Origin: a virus
Lineage: Duplodnaviria; Caudoviricetes
Strand: one strand, 5' to 3'
Length of the DNA stretch: 64,000 nucleotides
Virus record (IMG/VR): IMGVR_UViG_3300030333_001364
Location: 1-64,000 of that record
Shown here: in pieces, positions 46,910 through 57,648 of the stretch
Layout of the letters: every line of letters begins with the position of its first letter
How positions within the stretch are numbered: position 1 is the first letter of the stretch
Made by a program: the position numbers and the translations under genes
Notes under the pieces: generated by a model
Told to the model about the DNA's origin: nothing
The model's database searches: none
What the model saw: only the letters and a program-made list of their open reading frames with translations

Positions 46910-48559
46910 ATGGCAAGTCCAACAATTAAGATTAAGCGATCTAGTGTCGCTGGAAAGGTACCGCATTACCCTACAACGCTTGATGTAGGTGAGTTTGCAA
47001 TCAACACTGCTGATGGAAAGGTATTCATAGCAGCAGGAGTTGGTGCGGGAGTAACTGTAAGGGAAGTAGGAATATCAACTGCTCAAGTACTCGCTTCAGG
47101 TATAGGTACATTTAGTTCATTAGTAATCACTGATGAAGGACATGCGATTGCTGGTATATCTACAGGTTCAGCAAGGGTAGAGACAGCAACAGATGCTGGT
47201 AATCAATGGCATCACGTAGGATTTTTCGATCATAGAACTGGATATCAAAAGGTAAAGACAAACGGATTGACATACAATCCAAACACTGGAAAGTTATATG
47301 CTGGTATAGGAAGTTTTGGTAGTGTAACTGCAAGTGGAACTCTTGATGTAGATGGTGCGACTACCTTAGATGGTCTTACTAATGATGGGGATGCAACATT
47401 CAATGGTGACGTGTATATCACCGATACTAGCGGTGATTCTAGTGCAGGACCTATACTTGACTTCTACAGAAATAGTGCTTCTGCTGCTGACGCTGACTAT
47501 CTTGGTCAGATAAAGTTCCAAGGTGAAAATGATGCTGGTCAGAAGATAGTTTATAGTAAGATAACAGGTAAGATATTAGATGCAAGTGATGGTACTGAAG
47601 ATGGTATCTTAGAATTTGCATTCAAGAAAGCAGGATCAAATAATATATCAGGTAGATTCAGAAGTGATAGTTTACAACTACTGAATGGTACAAACTTTAC
47701 TGTTGCAGGAGATTCTACATTCACTGGAGTAGTAAATGCCAACCATGGTGTTACTGGTAATATAAACTCAAGTGGTATAAGTACTATATCAGGGTTCACA
47801 TTCCCCTCAACCGACGGGAGTGAGGATCAGGCACTTGTTACGGATGGAAATGGTTCACTGTCCTTCAAGACCCTATCAGGTGGTGGAGGAGGTGCTGTAG
47901 GTGGTGCTACAACTATTAGTGCATCAAATACTATAGCAACAATGGGACAGACAGCATTTACTGCACCCAATGTATTTGATGATGGTGAGCAAGCAACTGC
48001 ATTCTCTGTCTTGGTAACTCTGAATGGTGTAAAGATGAGACAAGGTGCATCTGCTGACTATCAACTATCTGCACCACAAACTGTCAATTTTAACTCTGGG
48101 GTGAATGTAGGTGACAATGTACAAATTACTGTCTATTTTGGACACACGTTTGAAGAAGAGTTATTTACAGCAACGCAAAATCAAGCAACATTTACGCTTG
48201 CTGGATCTCTCGCTGCTGCTAAGAACTACAGAGTTTTTCTCAATGGGGTCAGACTCAGAAGAGATATTGACTATCAAGCGTCTGCTGCTGTTGTACTGGC
48301 TCAAGCTTGTGCAGCTGGAGATGAGGTGGATATATGCTCAGATCAAGCCGAAGACCAACTAACTGCTTCTGATGGACAGTCTGCATTTGCTCCATCAAAC
48401 TCTGATACATCTTCTGATAACATGGAAGTATATCTGAATGGTGTGTTACTACAAAAAACAGTTGACTGGACTATAGGTAGTCCTGCTGTAACAATAATCA
48501 ACCCTGCGACTGGTCTAGATGTAGGTGACGAGTTGGATGTAGTCGTAAGACGTTCATAA
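46910..48559 (+). CDS. Tail fibre protein
   Basis: KIKRSSVAGKVP..GEFAINTADGK anchor; C-terminal AT.GQT.F...V.LNGV repeats. Confidence 0.78.
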   Translation: MASPTIKIKRSSVAGKVPHYPTTLDVGEFAINTADGKVFIAAGVGAGVTVREVGISTAQVLASGIGTFSSLVITDEGHAIAGISTGSARVETATDAGNQWHHVGFFDHRTGYQKVKTNGLTYNPNTGKLYAGIGSFGSVTASGTLDVDGATTLDGLTNDGDATFNGDVYITDTSGDSSAGPILDFYRNSASAADADYLGQIKFQGENDAGQKIVYSKITGKILDASDGTEDGILEFAFKKAGSNNISGRFRSDSLQLLNGTNFTVAGDSTFTGVVNANHGVTGNINSSGISTISGFTFPSTDGSEDQALVTDGNGSLSFKTLSGGGGGAVGGATTISASNTIATMGQTAFTAPNVFDDGEQATAFSVLVTLNGVKMRQGASADYQLSAPQTVNFNSGVNVGDNVQITVYFGHTFEEELFTATQNQATFTLAGSLAAAKNYRVFLNGVRLRRDIDYQASAAVVLAQACAAGDEVDICSDQAEDQLTASDGQSAFAPSNSDTSSDNMEVYLNGVLLQKTVDWTIGSPAVTIINPATGLDVGDELDVVVRRS

Positions 48560-48562
48560 ATA
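48555..48562 (+). promoter_or_regulatory. Late promoter
   Basis: CATAAATA upstream of gp13. Confidence 0.65.
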
Positions 48563-48580
48563 CAGGAAAGTATATCATAA

Positions 48581-49435
48581 ATGGCTAACCCTGCAACGAG
48601 AGAAGAATTAGTAAAGTATGCGAAGAGGCAGTTAGGTGCACCCGTACTTGAAGTCAATGTTGCTGATGAGCAAGTCGAAGACTTGATGGATGATGCTATC
48701 CAGATATATCAGAACCGTCACATGGACGGTGTTGAATTGATGTATCTAAAACATAGGATCACACAAGATTTTTTAGATTCAATCAAAGCGTCAAATATTG
48801 CTGGCTCTTCTACATCTACTGGTATTACAACAACTACTGGTACTGCTAATATAACTGGAATAGGAACTACAACATTCAACTTTGTAGAGAATCAAAACTT
48901 TATACAGATACCTGATGCAGTCATAGGTATAGAAAGAGTATTCAAGTTAGATAACAGATTGATCAGTACAAACATGTTCAATATCAATTACCAGTTGATG
49001 TTGAATGATGTATACTTCTTTAGTTCTATGGAACTTATGGGATATACTTTGACGAAGAGATACTTAGAAGATCTAGACCATATACTACACCCAGAGAAAC
49101 AAATTAGATTCAACAGACGACAAAGTAGATTGTATCTGGATGTTGATTATTCCAGCATGCAACCCAATGACTGGTTGATCATCAGATGTTATCGTGTATT
49201 GAATCCAAACGATTATACTAAGGTATACAACGATCCATTCTTGAAGAAGTACTTCACTGCATTGATGAAGAAGCAATGGGGTCAGAATCTCATCAAGTTT
49301 GCGGGTGTAAAATTACCTGGCGGTGTAGAACTAAATGGTAGACAGATATACGAAGATGCTCTAGGAGAGATTGATCAACTAGAGAGTAAGATGGCAAATG
49401 AATATGAATTACCACCACTTGATCTAATTGGATAA
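48581..49435 (+). CDS. gp13: Neck protein gp13
   Basis: LGAPVLEVNV and QWGQNLIKF.GVKLPGG motifs. Confidence 0.92.
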   Translation: MANPATREELVKYAKRQLGAPVLEVNVADEQVEDLMDDAIQIYQNRHMDGVELMYLKHRITQDFLDSIKASNIAGSSTSTGITTTTGTANITGIGTTTFNFVENQNFIQIPDAVIGIERVFKLDNRLISTNMFNINYQLMLNDVYFFSSMELMGYTLTKRYLEDLDHILHPEKQIRFNRRQSRLYLDVDYSSMQPNDWLIIRCYRVLNPNDYTKVYNDPFLKKYFTALMKKQWGQNLIKFAGVKLPGGVELNGRQIYEDALGEIDQLESKMANEYELPPLDLIG

Positions 49436-50808
49436 TGGCACTAAACCCCTTCTTTCAGCAAGGTACTCCGTCTGAGCAAAATCTTGTTCAGGACTTGATA
49501 AACGAACAGATCCGAATGTATGGGGTCGAGTTTGTTTACATGCCAAGAAACTTTGTGAATGTAAAAACTATAATGAGAGAGGTCTCTAGTTCTACTTTTG
49601 ACCAATCAATTCCTATTGAGGGTTACATTGAGTCATATGAAGGATTCGATTCTGGATATAATTTACTAACAAAATTTGGTGTAAGATCTACTGCTGAGAT
49701 GAAGATTGTGATATCTCAGGAGAGATATAAGAATGTGGTGTTACCTCTGGTACAGACAGGTTTAGCAAATCCAACTGAACGTCCTAATGAAGGTGACTTA
49801 CTATACTTCCCATACAGAGACTTACTGCTAGAAATCAAATATGTAGATGATGTTAGTCAGTTCTATCAGTTACGTAAGAACTACACATACACACTTACCT
49901 GTGAACCATTCGAGTACGAAGACGAGGTTATCGACACTGGTATTGCTGCAATAGATGATGACATGGCAACTGTTGGATATGACGCAACATTGAAGTTAGT
50001 TGCTGTAGGTAGCACTGCGAGCATGATAACAACAATTGTGAATGGAGGTATTGGAAGGATCGATCTCCTAAACGGAGGTACAAACTATACTGCTGACCCA
50101 CGTGTCAAGATCAGTCCTCCTGTAGTATCTACTGGTATCACTGCAACTGCTGTTGCTATTACAACTAATATAGGATTCACTGACAGTAGAAGAGTACAAA
50201 GTGTATTCATAACGAATCCTGGTGCTGGATACACCACACCACCTACAGTTCAGTTCTTGCCTGATGATGGTAAAGGTAGTGGAGCAACAGGAGTAGTTGC
50301 AATATCTACCACTGGAGGTGTGGGTGTTGTTACTATAACCAATGTTGGTACTAAGTATACTGTTCCCCCAACTCTTACGTTTGACAGCCCACCTGGTGCA
50401 GGTACAACTGCAACTGCTGTTGCTGTACTGAATGATACTGGTGGAGTTGGTGCTGTACGTATTACAAACGCTGGTTCAGGTTATGCAACTGTTCCAAGTA
50501 TAACTGTCTCTGCTGCTGGAACCATAGGTGTTGGTACATTCTCCTTTGGTGAAATCATTACTGGTCAGTCCTCACTTAGCACTGCATTTGTTACATCATG
50601 GGATGCTCCCTCTCTCACTCTTACTGCAAGGAATCTTGCTGGTGACTTCAATGTTGGCGAACTTATCGTTGACAATGAGGGTTCTGCATACAGACTACAT
50701 AGTATTGATTACGATGACAATGATGCGTACAACAGTGGTGATGACATCCAAGTTGAAGCAGACGACATCCTAAACTTTACAGAGAAGAACCCATTTGGTG
50801 AAGTATAA
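49435..50808 (+). CDS. gp14: Neck protein gp14 with a repeat insertion
   Basis: EQNLVQDL.NEQI, RPNEGDL and NPFGEV; internal ITN.G.GYT..PTV repeats. Confidence 0.88.
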   Translation: MALNPFFQQGTPSEQNLVQDLINEQIRMYGVEFVYMPRNFVNVKTIMREVSSSTFDQSIPIEGYIESYEGFDSGYNLLTKFGVRSTAEMKIVISQERYKNVVLPLVQTGLANPTERPNEGDLLYFPYRDLLLEIKYVDDVSQFYQLRKNYTYTLTCEPFEYEDEVIDTGIAAIDDDMATVGYDATLKLVAVGSTASMITTIVNGGIGRIDLLNGGTNYTADPRVKISPPVVSTGITATAVAITTNIGFTDSRRVQSVFITNPGAGYTTPPTVQFLPDDGKGSGATGVVAISTTGGVGVVTITNVGTKYTVPPTLTFDSPPGAGTTATAVAVLNDTGGVGAVRITNAGSGYATVPSITVSAAGTIGVGTFSFGEIITGQSSLSTAFVTSWDAPSLTLTARNLAGDFNVGELIVDNEGSAYRLHSIDYDDNDAYNSGDDIQVEADDILNFTEKNPFGEV

Positions 50809-51854
50809 TGATAGGCAATTATTTTTACAACGAGACAGTTAGAAAGACCGTAATTGCTTTTGGAACTTTATTTAATAATATAAAGATCAAAAAGTTTGCG
50901 AGTGATGGTAAGTCTATAAGTCAGATCAAGGTACCCATAGCATATGGTCCTATACAAAGATTCTTAGCAAGAATAGAACAGCAATCAAATTTTGATGATA
51001 ACGTAGCAATCACACTGCCAAGACTATCATTTGAGTTGACTTCATACACATATGATCCTACAAGAAAGGCATCTCCTGTGCAGAAGTTTACCATGAAGTC
51101 TCCTAATGAGAAGGTAAAAATCAAGAAGATGTTCTTGCCAGTGCCATACGATATTGGATTTAGACTTAGTTTTGCTACCAAACAACAAGACGATGCTCTG
51201 CAAATCATAGAACAGATATTACCATTCTTCCAACCATCATATAATGTAACAATCAACATGTTGGAAGGTGTGGAAGAGAAAAGAGATATACCATTTACTC
51301 TGATGTCTACTACATTTACTGATGAGTATGAGGGTGACTACTCTACTCGTAGGTTTATACAGTATGATCTAGACTTTGTTGCTAAGACATACTTCTATCA
51401 AGAGGTTCCAACAGACGAGAACGGTATTATCAAGAAGGTTCAAATCGATTACTCTACTGCTATACGAGCACCAAGAGAACAAAGATACGTTGTCACACCT
51501 CAAGCAACTAAAGATTATAACCAAGATGAAACTGACAAACTTACAGAGTCTATCGATACGAAGAAGACTCTTATCAAAGTTACCTCTGGTGCATCATTCT
51601 CTACTGGTGGTTACATAGAGATTGGTAATGAAGTTATGCGTATCAAGGAGAAGGATTTGAACAACTTAGTGGTTGTTCGTGGACAGTATGGATCTAAGAT
51701 TGCAGAGCATAGCAAGGGTGATGTTATAAATCTTGTTAACGCAGTCGATTCTGACCTTATTGAGATGGGTGATACCTTCGGGTTCAGTGAGACTAGATCA
51801 TTCTTTGACGCTGATGGTCAAGAGTGGAGTCCCGCATTAGGTAATGACGTATGA
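50808..51854 (+). CDS. gp15: Tail terminator / sheath stabiliser gp15
   Basis: FGTLFNNI, LPRLSFE and EQILPFFQP motifs. Confidence 0.9.
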   Translation: MIGNYFYNETVRKTVIAFGTLFNNIKIKKFASDGKSISQIKVPIAYGPIQRFLARIEQQSNFDDNVAITLPRLSFELTSYTYDPTRKASPVQKFTMKSPNEKVKIKKMFLPVPYDIGFRLSFATKQQDDALQIIEQILPFFQPSYNVTINMLEGVEEKRDIPFTLMSTTFTDEYEGDYSTRRFIQYDLDFVAKTYFYQEVPTDENGIIKKVQIDYSTAIRAPREQRYVVTPQATKDYNQDETDKLTESIDTKKTLIKVTSGASFSTGGYIEIGNEVMRIKEKDLNNLVVVRGQYGSKIAEHSKGDVINLVNAVDSDLIEMGDTFGFSETRSFFDADGQEWSPALGNDV

Positions 51855-52339
51855 CAAAAGATTATGATCCTTTAGATAAACAATCAACCACATTTAGTCC
51901 TATAGATGAAGCATTAGAAGTCAAAGCAACTGATGTAGTCAAACAATCTAAGAAGGTAAAGAAGGTTGATACTACACCTAGAGATGACTTTGAATATTCT
52001 CGTGCACAGTTATACAATATTGTAGAGAAAGGACAAGAAGCAATGAATGGTATCCTTGATGTGTGTCAAGATACTCAACATCCACGTGCATATGAAGTTG
52101 CAGGACAACTTGTCAAAGCAGTAGGAGATGTAACTGATAAGATTATAGACTTACAAAGAAAGATGAAGGACTTGGAGAAGGAAGATAAACCTACACAAGT
52201 TACTAATAACTCTTTGTTTGTTGGTAGTACTGCTGACCTACAAAAAATGATCAAGAAAGGATTAGCTGGTGCACCTGTGCCACAACCTAAAACTCCTAGT
52301 GTAGATCTAAGTTCCTTAGATATAGACAGGTCTCCATAA
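51851..52339 (+). CDS. gp16: Terminase small subunit gp16
   Basis: DFEYSR, HPRAYEVAGQL and LFVGSTADLQK motifs. Confidence 0.92.
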   Translation: MTKDYDPLDKQSTTFSPIDEALEVKATDVVKQSKKVKKVDTTPRDDFEYSRAQLYNIVEKGQEAMNGILDVCQDTQHPRAYEVAGQLVKAVGDVTDKIIDLQRKMKDLEKEDKPTQVTNNSLFVGSTADLQKMIKKGLAGAPVPQPKTPSVDLSSLDIDRSP

Positions 52340-52342
52340 ATA
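52335..52342 (+). promoter_or_regulatory. Late promoter
   Basis: CATAAATA. Confidence 0.6.
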
Positions 52343-52363
52343 ACAAAGAAGATAGAGAGTGCC

Positions 52364-53068
52364 ATGGCTGACACATACGTAAAAAGTGATAGAAACAAAT
52401 GGGGTCTTCCAAAAGGATTGAAGTCTTCTGGTGGCGGGAAAAAGGATGGAGGAACAAGTCCTAGTGTTTTCAAGAAGGTGAGAGATACTCTGACTATGAG
52501 TTTTGATTATGAAAATCTTGATGAAGCGACTAGAAGAAATATAAAGAATCCTAAGTATAGAAATCCAGACGGGTCATTCAATAAAGAGAAGTATGATGCT
52601 GACAAGGGTAGTGTAGAAACAAAGAAGGGTGGTGGAAGACCACGTAAGAAGGGTGGTGCTATTGTAAAAACTCAAAGTTCATCTATAACACCAGCATCAA
52701 AAAGTGAAATAGTAAAGGCAGAACCTAAGGGTGAGATTACAAAATCTGAACCTAAGGGTGAGATAACAAAATCAGATAAGGGTGAGATAGTCAAGTCCAA
52801 AGGTGGAGCAATAGAGAAGAGCAATACTAACAAGGCAGAACCTGGCAAACCAAAAGATGATAAGATTAAACTTACCAAAACCAAACAAAGTTTAGGAGTA
52901 GGAAAAGCATTGAAGAAAGCAGGACCTTATGTCAAGGCAGCAGCAAAAGTAGCACAAGTTGCATACAAAGGTATAAGAGCTGTAGGTGGTGCGACTAAAG
53001 CATTTGATCCTAAGAACAAAGGATGGGAGTCATATATACAGAGAACTACTGACCATATAGTTGACTGA
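52364..53068 (+). CDS. Lysine-rich low-complexity late protein
   Basis: K/G-rich with KGEITKS-type repeats; lies between gp16 and gp17. Confidence 0.75.
   Translation: MADTYVKSDRNKWGLPKGLKSSGGGKKDGGTSPSVFKKVRDTLTMSFDYENLDEATRRNIKNPKYRNPDGSFNKEKYDADKGSVETKKGGGRPRKKGGAIVKTQSSSITPASKSEIVKAEPKGEITKSEPKGEITKSDKGEIVKSKGGAIEKSNTNKAEPGKPKDDKIKLTKTKQSLGVGKALKKAGPYVKAAAKVAQVAYKGIRAVGGATKAFDPKNKGWESYIQRTTDHIVD
52721..52798 (+). repeat. 27-nt tandem repeat in CDS
   Basis: GAACCTAAGGGTGAGAT(T/A)ACAAAATC twice, plus a degenerate third copy. Confidence 0.8.
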
Positions 53069-54726
53069 TGCCACAAGCAAGTGACATATATCTTGGTAAT
53101 CCCAATCTAAAAAAGGCGAATACCAAGCAACAATTTACTGAAGAACAAATTGTTGAATTTATTAGATGTAAGGATGATCCAATATATTTTACAGAGAAAT
53201 ACATTCAAATCGTCAACGTTGACGAGGGACTTGTACCATTTAAGATGTACAAGTTTCAAGAGAAATTACTAAGAAGATTCCATAAGAACCGTTTCAATAT
53301 ATGTAAGATGCCACGTCAGACTGGTAAGTCTACGACTGTGGTTTCATATCTACTACACTATGCGATCTTCAATGATCAGGTAAACATTGGTATCCTTGCT
53401 AACAAGGCAGCAACTGCAAGAGACTTGCTTGGTAGATTACAACTAGCATATGAGAACCTACCTAAGTGGATGCAACAGGGTATCATTGCTTGGAACAAAG
53501 GATCTATGGAACTAGAGAATGGTTCTAAGATCATTGCAGCATCTACATCTGCATCTGCTGTTCGAGGTATGTCATTCAACATTATATTCTTGGACGAATT
53601 TGCTTTCGTTCAAAACCATCTGGCAGATGACTTCTTTGCGTCTGTGTATCCTACTATATCTTCTGGTAAATCTACGAAGGTTATAATAGTATCCACTCCA
53701 CATGGTATGAATCACTTCTATCGAATGTGGCATGATGCAGAGCGTGGTCAGAACGAGTATATTGCAACAGAGGTGCACTGGTCTGAGGTGCCAGGTAGAG
53801 ATAAGAAATGGAAAGAACAAACTATAAAGAACACCAGTAAGCAACAGTTTGCTATTGAGTTTGAGTGTGAGTTCTTAGGATCTGTTGACACTCTTATCAA
53901 TGCAGCGAAACTCAAATCACTGGTATATGAACAACCAATAGAGCAGAATGGTAAACTACTTGTATATGAAAGACCATTCAAGAAAAGAGATTATATTGTA
54001 ACAGTTGACGTAGCAAGAGGAGTTGGTAAAGACTACAGTGCTTTCATAGTTGCTGATATTACAGAGTTCCCATACAAGGTTGTGGCAACATATAGAGACA
54101 ATGAAATCAAACCTATGCTCTTCCCTTCTGTAATTGCAGATGTGGCAAAGGGATATAACAATGCGTATGTCCTATGCGAAGTAAATGATATTGGTGATCA
54201 AGTAGCATCTATACTATTCTATGATCTTGAATATGAGAATTTACTCATGGTTGCTATGAGAGGACGTGCAGGACAGATAGTTGGATCAGGATTCTCTGGT
54301 GTGAAGACGCAGTTGGGTGTCAAGATGAGTCAGGTAACTAAGAAGTTAGGTTGTTCTAACCTGAAGACACTGATAGAAGAAGATAAACTTACATTCTGTG
54401 ATTATAATATCATAAGTGAGTTGACTACCTTCATACAAAAGAGACAGTCATTTGAGGCAGAAGAGGGTTGTAATGATGATCTAGCAATGTGTTTGGTTAT
54501 CTTTGCGTGGTTGGTTGCACAGGATTATTTCAAGGAGATGACTGACTCTGACGTAAGAAAACGAATATACGATGAGCAGAAGAATGCAATAGAACAAGAC
54601 ATGGCACCCTTTGGTTTTATATGTGACGGTTTTGAGGAAATGGGAGGCGAAACTGTAGAATCAGATGGGACAGTTTGGAAGACAGATGAGTACGGGGATC
54701 GTGCCTATATGTGGGAATATCGCTAG
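53068..54726 (+). CDS. gp17: Terminase large subunit gp17
   Basis: PRQTGKS (Walker A), IIFLDEFAF (Walker B), VDVARG and DDLAM nuclease motifs. Confidence 0.97.
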   Translation: MPQASDIYLGNPNLKKANTKQQFTEEQIVEFIRCKDDPIYFTEKYIQIVNVDEGLVPFKMYKFQEKLLRRFHKNRFNICKMPRQTGKSTTVVSYLLHYAIFNDQVNIGILANKAATARDLLGRLQLAYENLPKWMQQGIIAWNKGSMELENGSKIIAASTSASAVRGMSFNIIFLDEFAFVQNHLADDFFASVYPTISSGKSTKVIIVSTPHGMNHFYRMWHDAERGQNEYIATEVHWSEVPGRDKKWKEQTIKNTSKQQFAIEFECEFLGSVDTLINAAKLKSLVYEQPIEQNGKLLVYERPFKKRDYIVTVDVARGVGKDYSAFIVADITEFPYKVVATYRDNEIKPMLFPSVIADVAKGYNNAYVLCEVNDIGDQVASILFYDLEYENLLMVAMRGRAGQIVGSGFSGVKTQLGVKMSQVTKKLGCSNLKTLIEEDKLTFCDYNIISELTTFIQKRQSFEAEEGCNDDLAMCLVIFAWLVAQDYFKEMTDSDVRKRIYDEQKNAIEQDMAPFGFICDGFEEMGGETVESDGTVWKTDEYGDRAYMWEYR

Positions 54727-54740
54727 TAAGGACGCATTTT

Positions 54741-54748
54741 CATAAATA
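54741..54748 (+). promoter_or_regulatory. Late promoter
   Basis: CATAAATA upstream of gp18. Confidence 0.65.
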
Positions 54749-54782
54749 TCAGTAGTCATTGTATGTGGAGAAAGAAGTTAGA

Positions 54783-56972
54783 ATGGCACTTCGATTAGCA
54801 TCTCCGGGAATTTCGATAAGAGAAGTCGACCTAACTCGTGGTGGCGTAGATTTTAGTATCAACGTTGTCGGTGGTTTTGTTGGACCTTTTAGAAAAGGAC
54901 CGGTAAACGAAATTACTAGGATCAATAACGAGAAGGAGCTTGTAGATGTCTTCGGTTTACCAGGTGTTGGTACAACCGATTATCATTATGAGACTTTCAT
55001 GGCAGCATCCAATTACTTATCCTATGGTGGTAAGTTGGACGTTGTTCGTTGTAAAGGCGGTGACTTAAACAACGCTAACGCAGCAGTTGGATATGCATCT
55101 TCATCTATTTTATTGGTAGAAGGCAAAGAAGATTACTATAACAACAATGCGGACGATCTAAACTGGTATTGGTCATCCAAGAATCCCGGATCTTGGGCGA
55201 ACGAACTAAGAGTTGCAGTAATAGATAACGCTGTTGACCAAATACTTACCCCAACATTTACTGGTGGTAATATTGGTTCAGTTACAGTCGGTATGGGAGT
55301 TACACAACACCTCACTGGTCAAACAATCGGTGTTGGTACTGTAACAGCAGCAACTGGAATACTAAAAGGTATTGTTACTGGTAAGACAGCAACAACCGTA
55401 GACGTAAGAGTTGTAAGTACAGTCATAGACGGTACAGAAACATTACAGTCTTACACACAAAACTCACAGTTTGAGTTCAAGAACGGTACATCGCTTTACT
55501 TTGTAAACTCTAGTGGTAGTAACGTTGCATCAGCATCTGGTGGAACACCAACTATCGTAACTCAAGATTGGTACAGCACACAGAATATACTAACAAGTGT
55601 TGCTGACGGTGGAACTGATTTAGTTACACTGCCATGGAGAGCAGTACTAAACAAACCTAGAACAAACAATTACGTATCTACAAGAGACGGTGCCAACGAT
55701 GCATTGCACGTTGTCGTTGTTGACGCAAACGGTGCGGTAACTGGTGAGATAGGTTCTGTCATGGAGAAGCATGCAAACCTTTCTAAGGCAAAGGATTGCG
55801 AACAGTCTGGTGGTAGAGCGATATACTATAAAGACTACATTGCAGAAAACTCTGGATTATTATTTGCTGGTGTATCACTGGTAAATGGAACTGATGCGTT
55901 TAGAGGAACAGCACCTCTAGCATCTGGATTCAGTTCAGGAACTACAGCAGTCACAGCTGGTGCAGGAGCATGGGGTCAAAACGCTAAGAACATCAAGTTC
56001 AACTCTGTTGGTAATGTAAATTACGAACTAGGAGGAGGATTAGACTACACTGGTATTGGAGTATTCAATGCACCTCTAGGTGATCTACTCACAGCATACG
56101 ACAAGTTTGCAGATCCAGTAGATAGCGACATTAGATTCTTACTACAAGGTAGTGCATACAGAACAAAAGAAGAAGAGCAAGCAAAAGCAAATAAACTGAT
56201 ACAGATATGTGAAGGTAGAAAGGACTGCATCACATTCATATCACCAAACAGAGCATCACTTGTAAATGTAGCGAGTGCTGCGGATCAACTACAAAATGTA
56301 CTTGAGTTCTTCTCACCACTCACATCATCTTCTTATGCAATCTTCGATGCTGGTTACCAGTATGTTTACGATAGATTCAATAAGAAGTTTGTCTACATGC
56401 CTACATCAAACGATGTTGCAGGACTATGTGTAAGAACAGATAGGGACAACTTCCCTTGGTTCTCTCCTGCTGGTCAGGCAAGAGGTGGACTCAATTTTGC
56501 TATCAAACTAGCATTCAATCCTAGTTTGGACGCAAGGGATCAACTCTACTCAAATAGAGTCAACCCAATAACTAACAAACCAGGTGCAGGAATCATCCTA
56601 TTCGGAGACAAGACTGCATTATCTTACGAGAGTGCGTTTGACAGAATCAACGTTCGTAGATTGTTCATCACTATTGAGCAAGCAATCGAGAACGCTGCAC
56701 AAGCACAACTCTTTGAACTCAACGATGCAGGGACACGAAGCAACTTCGTAAATATCGTTGAACCATTCCTAAGGGATGTACAAGCTAAGAGAGGTATCAC
56801 AGACTTCTTACTTGTTTGTGATGAGACCAATAACACACCTGACGTTATTGACCGCAATGAATTCATTGCTGACATTTATGTCAAACCAGCAAGGTCAATT
56901 AACTTTATCGGTTTGACCTTTGTTGCTACACGTACTGGAGTTTCCTTCAGTGAAGTTGTAGGAACTGTATAA
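54783..56972 (+). CDS. gp18: Tail sheath protein gp18
   Basis: LASPGI..REVDLT, PWFSPAG, FDRINVRRLF and KPARSINFI motifs; start set at ATG 54783. Confidence 0.97.
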   Translation: MALRLASPGISIREVDLTRGGVDFSINVVGGFVGPFRKGPVNEITRINNEKELVDVFGLPGVGTTDYHYETFMAASNYLSYGGKLDVVRCKGGDLNNANAAVGYASSSILLVEGKEDYYNNNADDLNWYWSSKNPGSWANELRVAVIDNAVDQILTPTFTGGNIGSVTVGMGVTQHLTGQTIGVGTVTAATGILKGIVTGKTATTVDVRVVSTVIDGTETLQSYTQNSQFEFKNGTSLYFVNSSGSNVASASGGTPTIVTQDWYSTQNILTSVADGGTDLVTLPWRAVLNKPRTNNYVSTRDGANDALHVVVVDANGAVTGEIGSVMEKHANLSKAKDCEQSGGRAIYYKDYIAENSGLLFAGVSLVNGTDAFRGTAPLASGFSSGTTAVTAGAGAWGQNAKNIKFNSVGNVNYELGGGLDYTGIGVFNAPLGDLLTAYDKFADPVDSDIRFLLQGSAYRTKEEEQAKANKLIQICEGRKDCITFISPNRASLVNVASAADQLQNVLEFFSPLTSSSYAIFDAGYQYVYDRFNKKFVYMPTSNDVAGLCVRTDRDNFPWFSPAGQARGGLNFAIKLAFNPSLDARDQLYSNRVNPITNKPGAGIILFGDKTALSYESAFDRINVRRLFITIEQAIENAAQAQLFELNDAGTRSNFVNIVEPFLRDVQAKRGITDFLLVCDETNNTPDVIDRNEFIADIYVKPARSINFIGLTFVATRTGVSFSEVVGTV

Positions 56973-56987
56973 TAGAGGAACCAAACA

Positions 56988-57623
56988 ATGGCACTAGATA
57001 GAAACATTTTTTCTATACCTAACAACGAGAGATCAATCGACTCTTTCAAATCAAGACTCATTGGTGGTGGTGCTCGTCCTAATCTATTTGAGGTTGAGCT
57101 AAACTTCCCTTCAGGTGTAGGTATATTCGACGATGAGATAGAGAACACTACTCATCGTATGATGATCAAAGGAGCACAGTTACCAGCGTCTAACATCGCT
57201 GAAGTCATTGTTCCCTTCAGAGGTCGTCAACTCAAGGTTGCAGGAGATCGTAGATTCGATCCTTGGACAATCACAGTTATCAACGATAACGATTTCAAAC
57301 TAAGAACAGCATTCGAGAGATGGGCAAACTACATCGTCAAAGTATCTGACGGTTCAGGAACCCTAAACCCTGCTGACTACTACACTGATTGGGTAGTAAA
57401 CCAGTTGGGTCGTGCTAACACAGATCTAAATGTAAAAGGAAAGGACAACCCTGCTGCATTACCTGTACTAAGACGCTACCAAATGGTTGGTTGCTGGCCA
57501 AGTGCAGTAAGCACAGTTGAACTATCTTATGATCAGGTAGACGCTGTAGAAGAGTTCCAAGTAACACTTCAAGTTCAGTACTGGACTGCTTATGATGGCA
57601 ATAATGCCGATTCTGTAGTATAA
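56988..57623 (+). CDS. gp19: Tail tube protein gp19
   Basis: GGARPNLFEV and FRGRQLKVAGDRRF motifs. Confidence 0.95.
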   Translation: MALDRNIFSIPNNERSIDSFKSRLIGGGARPNLFEVELNFPSGVGIFDDEIENTTHRMMIKGAQLPASNIAEVIVPFRGRQLKVAGDRRFDPWTITVINDNDFKLRTAFERWANYIVKVSDGSGTLNPADYYTDWVVNQLGRANTDLNVKGKDNPAALPVLRRYQMVGCWPSAVSTVELSYDQVDAVEEFQVTLQVQYWTAYDGNNADSVV

Positions 57624-57648
57624 TAGATAGAATACAAGTAGGAATATT

